Counted from the stretch's first letter, positions 21,499 through 33,086 are shown. The stretch is 64,000 nt of DNA from Promethearchaeota archaeon (GCA_048940925.1 JBHLOC010000002.1:32001-96000), one strand, 5' to 3'. A program made the numbers and translations. Notes: generated from the letters alone by a model not told the origin.

Positions 21499-22692
21499 TT
21501 ATTTACCATAAATTCTTTCAATAATATCTTCTAATAATTCTGCTAATTTTTTAGATGGGATATCTAATAAAGTAATTTCTAGATGTCTTCCTCTAGTGGC
21601 GTCTTCAATTCGCACCGTTTTTGAAGCAATGATTTTTAGTTGGTTAAGTTGACGTATATATTTTCTAAAACTCATTTTAACATGTGGTTCTACCGAATAA
21701 TTCTCACATATTACCTTATACTCTTCATACGCGTCATCAACAAGGGTAAATGGAGTATCAGTGTTTATCAATGATCTGGTAATTCCATACAAGGCTAAAA
21801 GCTCCTGATCTTTTAATTCATCAATAATATCATTTCTAAAAGTAGGATATACATCATCTGATGCTTCTCTTATGATATCTGGTGAAATTGAGCTTAAACC
21901 TTCTTTATCGCAATATAAACCGCTTTTTCTTAATATTTCAATCCCGTGTCTCATATTTTTATGTTCTACAACTATTTGGGAAATCATAGTTAGTAACTCA
22001 TTATCAATAACATTTTCTTTAAGAGCTAATTCACTACGATATGTTAGAATTTGCAATGATTCATCAAAATTATATGGTTTAAGCTTTATTTTTTCATTTA
22101 ATCTACTTAAAATTCTTTCATTTTCAATTCGCATCCAATCCTTATTACGACACACTAACAATATTGATAACTTAGCATTTTGATGTCCAAACGTCTCTGC
22201 AATATCAAGAAATGCTAAAACTTCGTCAGGTTTTAAAAGATGAATTTCATCTATTATCAACAACATATATCCTTGGTCCCGAATTAATTGAGAGAGAATC
22301 AATTTTAATGCTTCATCATCTGAAAATCCACGTCCTGAACCATGTTGATATTTTGCGAGAAGCTCCCTGATTATCTTACTTTTAGAGCGAAAATTAATGC
22401 AATTATAATATTCAATAAAAAGATTGACATCTTTTTCAGTAGCAATCGTTTTAAAATTTCTACCAAAATATCTTGCGGTGCATGTTTTTCCAACCCCTCC
22501 CCTTCCTAATATTAAACAGTTGATAGAGGGCTGTTCCTCCTCTTCAACTATTCTTCTATAATTAAAAATTAAAGTTTTAAGAGCATCATCTCGGCAATAT
22601 AACTTATCTGGAACCCAACTCAAATCAAGAGTTCCAGCTCTTCGAAACACTGATTTTTTCCCAAATTCTTTTCTAAAGGCATCCTCGTCCAT
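21499..22692 (-). CDS. cdc6: Orc1/Cdc6 replication initiator
   Basis: VPDKLYCR, Walker A GRGGVGKT, YYNC, Walker B IIDEIH, C-terminal winged helix ending RGR. Confidence 0.92.
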   Translation of the reverse strand: MDEDAFRKEFGKKSVFRRAGTLDLSWVPDKLYCRDDALKTLIFNYRRIVEEEEQPSINCLILGRGGVGKTCTARYFGRNFKTIATEKDVNLFIEYYNCINFRSKSKIIRELLAKYQHGSGRGFSDDEALKLILSQLIRDQGYMLLIIDEIHLLKPDEVLAFLDIAETFGHQNAKLSILLVCRNKDWMRIENERILSRLNEKIKLKPYNFDESLQILTYRSELALKENVIDNELLTMISQIVVEHKNMRHGIEILRKSGLYCDKEGLSSISPDIIREASDDVYPTFRNDIIDELKDQELLALYGITRSLINTDTPFTLVDDAYEEYKVICENYSVEPHVKMSFRKYIRQLNQLKIIASKTVRIEDATRGRHLEITLLDIPSKKLAELLEDIIERIYGK

Positions 22693-22829
22693 AATGAATC
22701 GAATAAGTATAATTTTATTTATTGATGTATAAGATATAACGTCAGAGATTTGGTAAAAAGTTTATTATCCTTAAGAATTTAAGTTTTTTAACTAATTAAA
22801 TGATTATGTAATAAATGAAATATATACAT

Positions 22830-23753
22830 TTAGATTTTATCCATAGTATTGAGGGGGTGCATCTGAGCATAACTTTCCTTTAATTTTGAAATGTCATTTT
22901 TTGCATAAATACGAGTTGTGTTTGGATTTGAGTGCCCTAAAATATCTTGTAATTCACTGATATCCATTCCTGATCTCCTCAGATGAGTCGCTCCTGTATG
23001 GCGAAAAATATGGGGTGTGATTATTTTGGAATCAGGAAATCCGCATTTTTCTTTGATTATTTTGATATCTGCTTGTACAACTCGAGGACTTAATTTTTGG
23101 TTCCTTGTATTGACTAACAAATGATCTTCCAAATCATACTTTATCCTGTTCTTTAGATGTTCTTCAAAAATTTCTAATGTTTTATGATCTACTGGCACAA
23201 TTCGCTCCTTATTTCCTTTTCCACGAAGTCTAATATATCCTCTTTCAAAATCAATATCTCTAATTTTAATATTACATAATTCACTCACTCTAGCCATGGT
23301 AGAATATAATAAGCGAACAATTAAATAATACCTTTTACTTTTTCTGGAATTAAACAAGCGTCGGTCTTTCAATTTATCAAATATTTTTTCTATATCAGGA
23401 ATTCTTAAGAATTTAGGTAAACTTTCTTCTATTTTAATCTTTGGAGACTTAATAGTACTCATTGGATCTTTTTGAATAAATTCATTAAGAACAAGAAATT
23501 TGAAAAATGAACGTAATGAAGCAATTTTACGACTTATACCTTTTTTAGTATACTTCATTTCATTTAGCTTTTTCAAGAAAAATCGTATCTTTTGCCGAAT
23601 AAGTGGAGAATTTAATTGGAGATCTCCAACAATACTAATAAATTTTAAAAGATCATATTTATATGCTTTAATTGTAGAAGCAGCACAACCTTCTTCCACT
23701 TCTTTTGCAATCAAGAAATCATCAATAAAATCAGAAACTTTAGACTCATTCAT
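22830..23753 (-). CDS. xerA: XerA/XerD-type tyrosine recombinase
   Basis: LRSFFKFL, RVSEL, GKGNKERIVP, TPHIFRH, LGHS...TTRIY. Confidence 0.88.
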   Translation of the reverse strand: MNESKVSDFIDDFLIAKEVEEGCAASTIKAYKYDLLKFISIVGDLQLNSPLIRQKIRFFLKKLNEMKYTKKGISRKIASLRSFFKFLVLNEFIQKDPMSTIKSPKIKIEESLPKFLRIPDIEKIFDKLKDRRLFNSRKSKRYYLIVRLLYSTMARVSELCNIKIRDIDFERGYIRLRGKGNKERIVPVDHKTLEIFEEHLKNRIKYDLEDHLLVNTRNQKLSPRVVQADIKIIKEKCGFPDSKIITPHIFRHTGATHLRRSGMDISELQDILGHSNPNTTRIYAKNDISKLKESYAQMHPLNTMDKI

Positions 23754-23835
23754 AATATGTGGATATGATACGATAAATATCTACATATTATGATGTAATA
23801 TCTAAATAATAAATGAGAAAAATATTTAGAAAAAA

Positions 23836-24771
23836 TTATTCTTTTTGTTTTTGTCGAATATATTTACATGCATTTAAACCGGCTCGTGCTCCCTCTGCGG
23901 TGGCAAAGACCACTTGGAATAAACCACCTGTAACATCTCCTGCGGCATACACTCCTTTGAGATTGGTTCTTTGTTCTTCATCCACCTTAATATTCCCTTT
24001 CTCATCTAATTCAACACCAGCTTTCTTAAAAACAGAATTTGATGATATATGAGATAAAATAAACAAACAGTTTAGTTCAAACTCCTGTATTTCTTCTGAT
24101 TCTGATTTAGTAGACTTACAAATAATTTTTTTGATTACTCCTTCTGAATTTGCTACAGCTTCGATTACTACCATATTTTCAATAACTTCAATGCCATTTT
24201 CCTTTATTTCATATACTTTTTCAGGTAGTTCTTCAATTGCCACATCAGTAATTATTCGGACTATACAACCCATTTGATGAAGTGCAAGTGCATCCTCTAA
24301 CATTTCTTCATCTCGTCCATATAAATATACAACCTTATCTTTATATAAAGGACCATCACATAACGCACAATAAGATACACCGTATCCAAGTAAGGCGCCT
24401 TCACCCTTTATTACTTCTTTTCTTCGACCTCCTCCTGTAGCAATGATCACCACATCAGAAGTTATATTTGCTGTTCGTGTAGATGTCATATTGACTCCCA
24501 TACCTAGCATTAGTGAAATTACGTCACCCTTGATTAGTCTTATATTTTCAGAATAACTCTCAGCATGATTTCTAAATTTAGTTAACAGATGTTTTCCCTT
24601 AATATCAACTTCTCCAGGCCAGTTCTGTATTTCTTTTGCACGGGCTAAGGCAGATAACTCCTTTCCATCAAGAATTATTACATCTCTGTTTGCTCGGGCA
24701 CAATAAACCCCAGCACTTAATCCAGCTGGACCAGCACCAATGATTAAGATTTCACACTTAAACTCATCCAT
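23836..24771 (-). CDS. trxB: thioredoxin reductase-like flavoprotein
   Basis: GAGPAGLSA, ATG, VSYCALCDG, GVYAAGD. Confidence 0.85.
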   Translation of the reverse strand: MDEFKCEILIIGAGPAGLSAGVYCARANRDVIILDGKELSALARAKEIQNWPGEVDIKGKHLLTKFRNHAESYSENIRLIKGDVISLMLGMGVNMTSTRTANITSDVVIIATGGGRRKEVIKGEGALLGYGVSYCALCDGPLYKDKVVYLYGRDEEMLEDALALHQMGCIVRIITDVAIEELPEKVYEIKENGIEVIENMVVIEAVANSEGVIKKIICKSTKSESEEIQEFELNCLFILSHISSNSVFKKAGVELDEKGNIKVDEEQRTNLKGVYAAGDVTGGLFQVVFATAEGARAGLNACKYIRQKQKE

Positions 24772-24873
24772 AAAACTTACCTCTTTGAAGTATTGAATAT
24801 AATAAAAAAACTCTTGAAAGTTAATACCTCTACAGTTACTAATTATAAAAATTATTATAATTTAATTCTATAT

Positions 24874-25812
24874 TTAATTGACAAAATAAAATATCAGAGA
24901 AAATATTCCTAAAAAAATCATAGTCGCTCCCATTCCTCGACCCATCGCTTTTGCTGATAACTTTTGTACAAAGTTTGAAACAATAATTCCCGCAAAAAAG
25001 GAACCTATGCCAAGATAGAAAACGAATTCCCAGTTAAAAAATAATTGACTTGTAAGTAGGTATCCTAATATTTGGTAAGTACTAAACGTAAAAATACACA
25101 TAATAATACTTAAAATTAAAGCAGTTCCTACACTTTTCTTTAAAGGATAACCATATAATACTATTAAAACTAGAGTGATGATGAAACCTGAATTCGCACC
25201 AAACATTCCTGAATTAAGTCCTATTATAATCCCTAAAACCAGTGTTAAAAGAAAATATAATTTCGAATAAGGTTTAATTACTCTTTCCAATCGCTCTTCT
25301 TCGGTATTTAACTTATTTTCTGGTGATTTCTCAAGATTTTCTAAATTTAGATTTTCTTCTTTATTATTCAAAAATCTTCTGGAAATTTTCTGAACTATCT
25401 CTTTCAATGTTTCAGAAGAAGGAAAACCTTTTAAAAGAATAGTAGAACCTAAGAAAATTATAAAAACAGGTAAGAACCAGCCGAAAATAAAACTTAACGG
25501 TGTCAAAATCAAAAGGAGAATACCGAAAAAAGAAGCAACTAAAGAGATTAGGATTAATAAAAAAATATTTTTATTCAAATAATATTGCTTTTTTCTTATA
25601 TAATTAATTGCTACAGAAGAAGCAGCAATTAAGTCATTTATAACATTTACAGCTATTGCCAATAACACATCTCCAGTCATTAAAAGTATAAAAGGCACTA
25701 CAACTCCTTGACCAGTTTGCCCTACAAAACTCATGCTTATTCCTACAAGCGCACCAATTAATACAAGAAGAATTACATAATAGAATTCTAATGTCAAATA
25801 ATACCAAATCAT
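24874..25812 (-). CDS. TauE/SafE family sulfite exporter-like permease
   Basis: Two-repeat multi-TM protein; SGMFGANSGF, KKSVGTAL. Confidence 0.75.
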   Translation of the reverse strand: MIWYYLTLEFYYVILLVLIGALVGISMSFVGQTGQGVVVPFILLMTGDVLLAIAVNVINDLIAASSVAINYIRKKQYYLNKNIFLLILISLVASFFGILLLILTPLSFIFGWFLPVFIIFLGSTILLKGFPSSETLKEIVQKISRRFLNNKEENLNLENLEKSPENKLNTEEERLERVIKPYSKLYFLLTLVLGIIIGLNSGMFGANSGFIITLVLIVLYGYPLKKSVGTALILSIIMCIFTFSTYQILGYLLTSQLFFNWEFVFYLGIGSFFAGIIVSNFVQKLSAKAMGRGMGATMIFLGIFSLIFYFVN

Positions 25813-25971
25813 ACTTTTATTTAGTATCTAAAATAGTATTCTCAATTGAATTAAAATATACCTTAAAATTCAAAATATTTTAATGATTTAAGAAATTTTG
25901 TTTGATATCATTTCACTATTATGTTACAAAAAAAAATATAACAAAAAAAATCGAAATTAAGTGTAAAAATT

Positions 25972-28116
25972 ATGGATGTACCGTTAATATTATTTGTTGC
26001 CTTAATTGCTGGAGTAATTTCAATTGGAATGGCTCTCTATTTTGCAAAATTAGTACTGAAAGAAGATCCAGGAAATGAAAGAATGATTGAAGTATCTAGT
26101 TATATTGAAAAGGGGGCTAAAACATTCCTTAAAGTCCAATATAAAATATTAGGTATTTTTGTTGTAGTACTAGCAGTAGCATTATTATTTTTGCCTTCTC
26201 CATTTGAAGCTAGTCTTACTTATAAGAGATTAGTACCTGGTGCTTTAAATTGGGAACAAATGATTGCTTATATTATTGGTTCTGTGGGATCAATGATGGC
26301 AGGTTATTTAGGAATGATGACAGGTGTAAAAACAAATACCCGTTCTGCACAAGGCTGCACAATAAGCACCAAGAAAGGGTTTGAAGTTGCTTTTTTCGGT
26401 GGCTCAGTTATGGGTTTAGCAGTAGTTGGTGTAGCTCTAATCGGTATTTCTGTTCTATATTTTATTGTCCCGGATCCTATGATAGTTTTAGGCTTTAGTT
26501 TTGGTGCTAGCAGTGTGGCCCTTTTTATGAAAGCAGGAGGAGGTATCTACACTAAAACAGCAGATGTAGGCGCTGACCTTGTTGGAAAAGCAGAATATGA
26601 TTTACCTGAAGATGATCCTAGAAACCCCGCAACGATAGCTGATAATGTAGGCGACAACGTAGGGGATATTGCAGGGATGGGATCTGACCTCTTTGATTCT
26701 TATGTTGCCTCTATTGTAGCTGCTATGATATTAGCTGCAACCTTAGCTGCCTTTGCACCAGCATTTTCCCAAATATGGGGAGAAATGTCTGAAACTCATA
26801 GATATACTTTTGTAATATTCCCGGTTGTTGTAAGTGGTGTAGGTTTATTAGCTTCTTTGATTTGTATATATATAATTAAAATCAAAAGGGGAGAAGATCC
26901 TGGCAAATTATTAAATTTAGGAACTTATCTCGCTACAATTGTCTTTAGCGGATTTGCTGCGATTATTACGGCGATAATGACCATAAAATTAAGCAATGAT
27001 GAGATGATTTTTCTATGGAAACTTTATGCTTCTGTTGTAATTGGATTACTTGGTGGTCTTATTATCGGATTTACAAGTGACTACTTTACTAGTGATACTA
27101 GGAAACCAACAAGATCAATCGCAAATGCAGCTCAAGAAGGTGATGCAGTTGTGATTCTTAGTGGATTTTCTTATGGATTATTAAGCGTCGTTCCCCCTGC
27201 TATTGGGATTGTAATTGCTATGGCTGCTACTTATTTTCTAGGTGGATTATTTGGAGTGGCTATGGCGGCAGTAGGTATGCTTGCAATTGTGGGAACTATT
27301 GTCTCTAATGATGCTTACGGTCCAATTGTAGACAACGCTAGAGGGATTGCCGAACAAGGTGATTTAGGTGAAGATGTTATTCGAACTGCAGATAAATTAG
27401 ATTCAGCGGGAAATACAGCCAAAGCTATAACAAAGGGTTTTGCTATTGGTGCTGCAAATCTAACTGTGCTTGCCCTAATGTTTTCTTTCGCAACTGAGGC
27501 AAACGACATTCAAGAAAGCGCATTAGATGTAGTGGATTTACTTAAAGTAAATGTCTTAATTGGTGCATTTATTGGAGTAGTTGTGCCTGCATTATATTCT
27601 GCTTTATTAGTTCTCGCAGTTCAGAGGAATGCAGCTAAAATGGTTGACGAAATCAGAAGACAATTCAAAGAAAATCCTAAGATTTTATCAGGTGAAGTAG
27701 CAGCAGACTTTAATAAATGTATCACAATCGCGACAAGAGGTGCTTTAAAAGAGCTTGTATTACCTAGTATAATCGCAATCGCTATACCCATTGCAGTTGG
27801 AATCTTATTTGGTGTAGCAGGACTTGGCGCATTCTTAGCAGGTGCAATTTTATCTGGATTTGTGTTTGCCATCTTTATGAGCAATGCAGGCGGCAGTTGG
27901 GATAATGCGAAGAAATGGATTGAGGATGGCAACCTTGGAGGAAAAGGTACTGAAATTCATAAAGCCTCGATCACCGGAGATACAGTTGGCGATCCATTTA
28001 AAGATACTGCAGGACCAAGCATTAACACCCTATTAGTAGTAATGTCATTAACAGCGTCAATTTTTTTAGGATTCTTAATGCTTTTTGGAAATGGGGCAGG
28101 ATTGCTTATACTCTAA
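25972..28116 (+). CDS. hppA: membrane-bound proton-translocating pyrophosphatase, predicted K+-independent
   Basis: GGGIYTKTADVGADLVGK, DNVGDNVGD, GNTAKAITKG (Lys at the K+-dependence position), GDTVGDPFKD. Confidence 0.93.
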   Translation: MDVPLILFVALIAGVISIGMALYFAKLVLKEDPGNERMIEVSSYIEKGAKTFLKVQYKILGIFVVVLAVALLFLPSPFEASLTYKRLVPGALNWEQMIAYIIGSVGSMMAGYLGMMTGVKTNTRSAQGCTISTKKGFEVAFFGGSVMGLAVVGVALIGISVLYFIVPDPMIVLGFSFGASSVALFMKAGGGIYTKTADVGADLVGKAEYDLPEDDPRNPATIADNVGDNVGDIAGMGSDLFDSYVASIVAAMILAATLAAFAPAFSQIWGEMSETHRYTFVIFPVVVSGVGLLASLICIYIIKIKRGEDPGKLLNLGTYLATIVFSGFAAIITAIMTIKLSNDEMIFLWKLYASVVIGLLGGLIIGFTSDYFTSDTRKPTRSIANAAQEGDAVVILSGFSYGLLSVVPPAIGIVIAMAATYFLGGLFGVAMAAVGMLAIVGTIVSNDAYGPIVDNARGIAEQGDLGEDVIRTADKLDSAGNTAKAITKGFAIGAANLTVLALMFSFATEANDIQESALDVVDLLKVNVLIGAFIGVVVPALYSALLVLAVQRNAAKMVDEIRRQFKENPKILSGEVAADFNKCITIATRGALKELVLPSIIAIAIPIAVGILFGVAGLGAFLAGAILSGFVFAIFMSNAGGSWDNAKKWIEDGNLGGKGTEIHKASITGDTVGDPFKDTAGPSINTLLVVMSLTASIFLGFLMLFGNGAGLLIL

Positions 28117-28212
28117 GTCAATAATCACTCAAAAACTAAAAAAGCAATAAAACTCTATTCATTTTTTTTATATTTTTATTATTTTTATTGTATAAGGCTC
28201 ACATGGGATCTT

Positions 28213-29001
28213 ATGAAGAATAAAATTTTGAAAGAGAAATCCTTAAACTCCATTAATTATTATATTGAAAGAAATTTGGATGATTTTTACATTAAATCAT
28301 CTCAGCATTCTAATTTTAATTCTCGCTTAGAAGATAAAATAAGTTGGATTTTTGCTAAGAACGCAGATTGGCCAAATTGTATTTTTAGAGCCAATTTTGT
28401 AGATTTAAATATAGAACATGAAATTCGAGAAATAAGAAAATTAATTAAAGAAAATAAAGCTCCTAATGGTTGGACTGTTGGACCGCTTACAAAACCTTCA
28501 AATTTAGGTTCTTTTTTAGAGGAAAATGATTTTTCGAAAGTATATCATCAAACCGGGATGGCAGTTGATTTAAGATATATTGAAGATATCAAAATTGAGA
28601 ATAATGACTTAAAAGTTAAACTTATAAAGAGTGATAAATCTTTAAAACAATGGGCTAAAATAGTCTCTTTAGGATTTGGTATAAAGGTAGATTGTAAATT
28701 ACTTAAATTTCTGTATTTACAACCTGAAATAAAATTCTATATTGGTAACTATAAAAGAAAAACAGTATCAACACTGATGTTATATCTCGCTAAAGGTATA
28801 GCTGGGCTTCATGCAGTATCAACATTACCTGAATATCGATGTAAAGGATTGGGATTTACTATAAGTGGAATTGCATTATTAGATGCCTATAGAATGGGAT
28901 ATGAGGTGGCAGTACTTCAAGCATCAAATTTAGGGGAACGAATTTATAAGAAATTGGGATTTCAGAAATACTGTGATATTAATTCCTATGAGTTAGATTA
29001 A
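28213..29001 (+). CDS. GNAT family acetyltransferase
   Basis: VSTLPEYRCKGLG, LQAS..G..IYKKLGF. Confidence 0.85.
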   Translation: MKNKILKEKSLNSINYYIERNLDDFYIKSSQHSNFNSRLEDKISWIFAKNADWPNCIFRANFVDLNIEHEIREIRKLIKENKAPNGWTVGPLTKPSNLGSFLEENDFSKVYHQTGMAVDLRYIEDIKIENNDLKVKLIKSDKSLKQWAKIVSLGFGIKVDCKLLKFLYLQPEIKFYIGNYKRKTVSTLMLYLAKGIAGLHAVSTLPEYRCKGLGFTISGIALLDAYRMGYEVAVLQASNLGERIYKKLGFQKYCDINSYELD

Positions 29002-29168
29002 TAAATTTTAAGACTTTCTCCTAAGAACAGCAAATATTCTTCAGTATATAGTACTTTGAAATATTAAAATTTTTTTAGTGATCATAAGCTATAAATATCA
29101 TGTAAACCCAATCTTAATCCAAGACATTTATTTTTTAATTTAAAAAAAAGTAGAGGGTTAAAAAAAAA

Positions 29169-32100
29169 ATGAAAATAAAAATGTTTAATTATTCTAAGAA
29201 AACGACGCTATTCTTAATTCTATTTAGTATTTGGACAATTTATCCGATTTTTGCTAATATCACTGTTATCAATACAACAATAAATGCTACTCCTGACTCT
29301 CAAGTGCCTCTTTTTACCCAATCGCAAATTCGTTCGCAAGATTTTCTCAAATGGAATGAATTAGCTTCAAAGGTCGATCAGAATGCCAATGGGATTAATG
29401 ATAATTTTGAAGCTAGGTTAAAGGAACTATCTGAAGTTGGATATATTGAAGAAAATGGAAGGAATACCAATGATAAGAATCCTCTTGATGAATTTTTTGG
29501 GATTCAAATCCAAAAACCAAATATAATTACTGTTGATGATGTTCCGATTCTAGTCTCTTTTCCAATAAAAGATTATACGCTAGCCTTATTTCTTTTCGAA
29601 AAATTAGGCGGAAAGGTAAAATCAGATTACGATGCGGCTATATATGGGTTCTCAGGAAGTATTAGCCATGATAACTTGATTGAATTCTGTAGGATGTTAA
29701 AACAAAATAATGTACCATTTCTGGTTGATGAGGATAAAAAATTCCAGGCACATTTATATTATACGGGTCGAAATATGAATCTCAGACCTTATGTATGGAA
29801 TACGCTATCCTATGAGGGAGATGAATATAGTTCAATTGCTATCGTCGATACTGGAGTAGACGATTCTCATAATTTCTTCAGCCCAGGATATTCAGATGGT
29901 AATTTTAACTACAAAATAGTCGGATGGGCCGATAATTATAGTGGAGGGCTTCTTCCTTATGATGATAATGGCCATGGATCACACTGTGCAGGGATTGCAG
30001 CAGGAGAGGGAGGCCCCAATTACGATGGGACTGGGCGTAGTGTTAATACAGCAGCATATACATTTGATTTTACTGGTTATGATATTCCTGAAACTACGCT
30101 TGCGGCAGATTGGACAAGATTCAATGTAACTGATCCAGGTTCAATAGACCTTGAGTGTGAATTTGATGATTATACACCAGGTCCTGATGATTGTGATTTT
30201 TGGGTTTATCTTTATTATGGAAGTACAATGGTTGAATCATATGAAGTAAACACTGATTCCTGGACTCATACTTTATCACATACGGCAACAAGTAGTTCCC
30301 TTGGTCTTTATTCATGGAGATTTGTTATGAATGTTATAGATAATACAGGAGATGGTTATTGTAGTGATTTAAATATTAGATTCAGAAGTGTAATTCATTG
30401 GCCTTTTAATCCAAATGATTTTGGAAGTGGAGATCGTTGGAAAGGAGTAGCTCCTGATGCACATATAGTTGGTGTAAAAGTACTTAACCAATATGGAAGT
30501 GGAGATGTTTCAAATATAATTGATGGAATAGAGTGGGTTATCGATAATAAGTTAGATTATAATATAACTACTATGTCTTTAAGTCTTGGCGGTCCATCAG
30601 GTTATACACCATTGATTATTGCCGTAAATAATGCAGTCGACAATGGAATTGTAACTGTCGTATCAGCTGGAAATGATGGTCCAGGAGACAACCTTGTTGG
30701 TTCTCCTGGTGATGCTGACAATGTAATAACAGTTGCTGCGATGAGTATTGACGATGAAATAACTGATTATAGTAGTGAAGGTGGTTTGTCATATACAGGT
30801 AATACTGTAAAACCAGATATCACCGCTCCTGGTGGAAGTTTCTATAATGTACAGATGTTTTCAACAGATTCGAATGATAATGATGCAATGGGAGCATATC
30901 CTACTGATGTATATGCAAATGATATGGAAGGTGCTCAGGGAACTTCGATGTCTGCTCCTGCTGTCGCTGGAGCATCAAATTTGTTGATTGAGGCTATGGG
31001 AGGTCATGAAAATTGGGGTTATACTGCTATAGAAGCTAAAAGAGTTAAAGCATTATTATTAGCGAGTGCTACTGAAACGTACCCCTTATTGAGAGAAACA
31101 TATGGCACTGATGATTCACCTGTGCTTAATCGCGGTGGCAAAGATGTTCATGAAGGATATGGAAGAATTAATGTTGATATAGCCATAGAAGCATATACCC
31201 AAGAATTGACTTTAGGTTCACAGTATAATGCCTGGATTACAAGTAGTGTTATTGATCCATTCGCTAAACATGGTTTAGGATGTTATGTTAATCTTGTTAG
31301 TGGACAAGGTTATATTTTTACCTTAAACGTTCCTTCAGGAACTGACTTCGACTTGCATTTATACTCTGAAAATGGGACCTCTATAGGGGAGCCTATTATG
31401 GTTGCTTCAAGTACTTCAGCAGGATTAGGAACCAACGAAATACTATCGTATACAGCTACAGTAACAGGAAAATATTACTTAGTTGCAAAAGCGATTTCAG
31501 GAGAAGGAAATGCAATTATATCCTATCCAATCATAGACCACGATCTAAGCGTTTCATTGGAGGTTCCAAATTCTCCACAGAAGGATAATACATATGTTGT
31601 CAATGCAACAGTTACTAACATTGGCAACAATGTAGAAAATAATGTTAATTTAACATTATATCTTGACAGTGTCCCTGTTAATTCAACCATAGGTTTAACT
31701 CTTCCTGCTGGCGCAAGCAAAACTATAAATTATTCATGGACACCTACCGAAAACAGGAACTATAATTTCACAGCTTATGCACCACCTATACCTAGTGAGT
31801 ATACCTTAGATAATAATAAAGTAATTAGGTTACTATATGTCACTTCTTTAGAGAACTATATTATGACTCCAGGAGCTCCTTATAAATGGATAGATGCTTC
31901 TGGTGGAACATCATTAAATTTAGGTGATGACGACTCTGCCGCAATAGCTTTACCATTTACTTTTCCCTTTTACAACGATACTTTTTCAACTGTATATCTA
32001 TGCTCGAATGGATATCTTAGTTTCACTGATCCATATCCTTGGGATTATTACAATGTTCCATTTCCTTCGGCAGATCCTTTACACACATATATGATAGCTC

Positions 32101-32864
32101 CGTTTTGGGATGATTTGTACCAACCTGGAGGCGGAAATATCTATGTACAATCATTCGGGACTTATTGGGTGGCAGAATGGCTTAATATTGAACATATTAA
32201 TGGATATGTAGCTGGATCTTTTGAAGTAATTTTGTACGAGACAGGTGAAATTGTTTTTAATTATGATTATCTTGACTATACTGCTGGTTTCTATACATGT
32301 GGTTTGAATCTAGGTGTAGATACCCTATATTATAATTCATATTCAGGATTAGATGATAATACTGATGACTTTTCAATACAATTTTATCATGAAGGTCCAC
32401 CCGAAGCTTTTGGATTACATAGCACTGCTGGAACACCAAACGATGATGATGGTGCATTTACTTTAACATGGGATCTCTCCCCGAGAGCAGTTAATTACTC
32501 CGTATATCAATATTCTAAATCAATAACAGAATATAATCAAAGTTTAACTTCATTAATAGAGGGATCAACTGATCATTCATTATCTCGCAGTGGATATACA
32601 AACGGAACTTATTACTTTATAGTCATCGCTTATAATGATGATGGAGAAACACTTTCAAACTGTATAAAAGTTGATGTACTTATACCTCCTCCAGAACCAG
32701 AGCCAGAACCGGAACCAGAACCAGAACCAGAGCCAGAACCGGAGCCAGAACCGGAGCCAAAAAAGCAAATTCCTGGATATAGTTTATATTTCCTTTTTGC
32801 ATTTATAGCAATTACATTGATTTTTATTATGAAAAAAAAATATAAATTTACAAATAATCTATAA
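29169..32864 (+). CDS. S8 subtilisin-like surface protease with CARDB/FN3-like modules, PE linker and IPGY anchor
   Basis: VDTGVD, HGSHCAG, SAGN and GTSMSAP motifs; IPGY plus TM helix and basic tail. Confidence 0.92.
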   Translation: MKIKMFNYSKKTTLFLILFSIWTIYPIFANITVINTTINATPDSQVPLFTQSQIRSQDFLKWNELASKVDQNANGINDNFEARLKELSEVGYIEENGRNTNDKNPLDEFFGIQIQKPNIITVDDVPILVSFPIKDYTLALFLFEKLGGKVKSDYDAAIYGFSGSISHDNLIEFCRMLKQNNVPFLVDEDKKFQAHLYYTGRNMNLRPYVWNTLSYEGDEYSSIAIVDTGVDDSHNFFSPGYSDGNFNYKIVGWADNYSGGLLPYDDNGHGSHCAGIAAGEGGPNYDGTGRSVNTAAYTFDFTGYDIPETTLAADWTRFNVTDPGSIDLECEFDDYTPGPDDCDFWVYLYYGSTMVESYEVNTDSWTHTLSHTATSSSLGLYSWRFVMNVIDNTGDGYCSDLNIRFRSVIHWPFNPNDFGSGDRWKGVAPDAHIVGVKVLNQYGSGDVSNIIDGIEWVIDNKLDYNITTMSLSLGGPSGYTPLIIAVNNAVDNGIVTVVSAGNDGPGDNLVGSPGDADNVITVAAMSIDDEITDYSSEGGLSYTGNTVKPDITAPGGSFYNVQMFSTDSNDNDAMGAYPTDVYANDMEGAQGTSMSAPAVAGASNLLIEAMGGHENWGYTAIEAKRVKALLLASATETYPLLRETYGTDDSPVLNRGGKDVHEGYGRINVDIAIEAYTQELTLGSQYNAWITSSVIDPFAKHGLGCYVNLVSGQGYIFTLNVPSGTDFDLHLYSENGTSIGEPIMVASSTSAGLGTNEILSYTATVTGKYYLVAKAISGEGNAIISYPIIDHDLSVSLEVPNSPQKDNTYVVNATVTNIGNNVENNVNLTLYLDSVPVNSTIGLTLPAGASKTINYSWTPTENRNYNFTAYAPPIPSEYTLDNNKVIRLLYVTSLENYIMTPGAPYKWIDASGGTSLNLGDDDSAAIALPFTFPFYNDTFSTVYLCSNGYLSFTDPYPWDYYNVPFPSADPLHTYMIAPFWDDLYQPGGGNIYVQSFGTYWVAEWLNIEHINGYVAGSFEVILYETGEIVFNYDYLDYTAGFYTCGLNLGVDTLYYNSYSGLDDNTDDFSIQFYHEGPPEAFGLHSTAGTPNDDDGAFTLTWDLSPRAVNYSVYQYSKSITEYNQSLTSLIEGSTDHSLSRSGYTNGTYYFIVIAYNDDGETLSNCIKVDVLIPPPEPEPEPEPEPEPEPEPEPEPEPKKQIPGYSLYFLFAFIAITLIFIMKKKYKFTNNL
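32691..32759 (+). repeat. 6-bp coding tandem repeat (Pro-Glu) x ~11
   Basis: CCRGAR units encoding the PEPEPE stalk. Confidence 0.95.
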
Positions 32865-33086
32865 AAATAATCTAATTTTTTTTTTTTAATATTTTTTATT
32901 TTTAAAGTGGAAAAGTACTGAATATTTACCTCCAATAGGGGGATTATACTTGGATTTAATTTACTCTTCTTGCTTGATATTATTATAATAATACCAATAT
33001 CATTAACAAGAAAGCATATTAAGAAAAAATAAATTCTTTAAGAAAAAATTTGAATTATTCAGCGATTACATTTTTTTGTTTTAGAA

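Noticed and set aside
20946-22829. Replication origin beside cdc6
   Set aside because: The flanks are AT-rich, but I could not see repeated ORB-like boxes with G-strings.
22830-23753. Integrase of a provirus or mobile element
   Set aside because: It looks like chromosomal XerA among housekeeping genes, with no att repeats, tRNA target or viral genes.
32630-32935. GS-repeat ORF on the minus strand
   Set aside because: It is the shadow of the Pro-Glu repeat of the protease.
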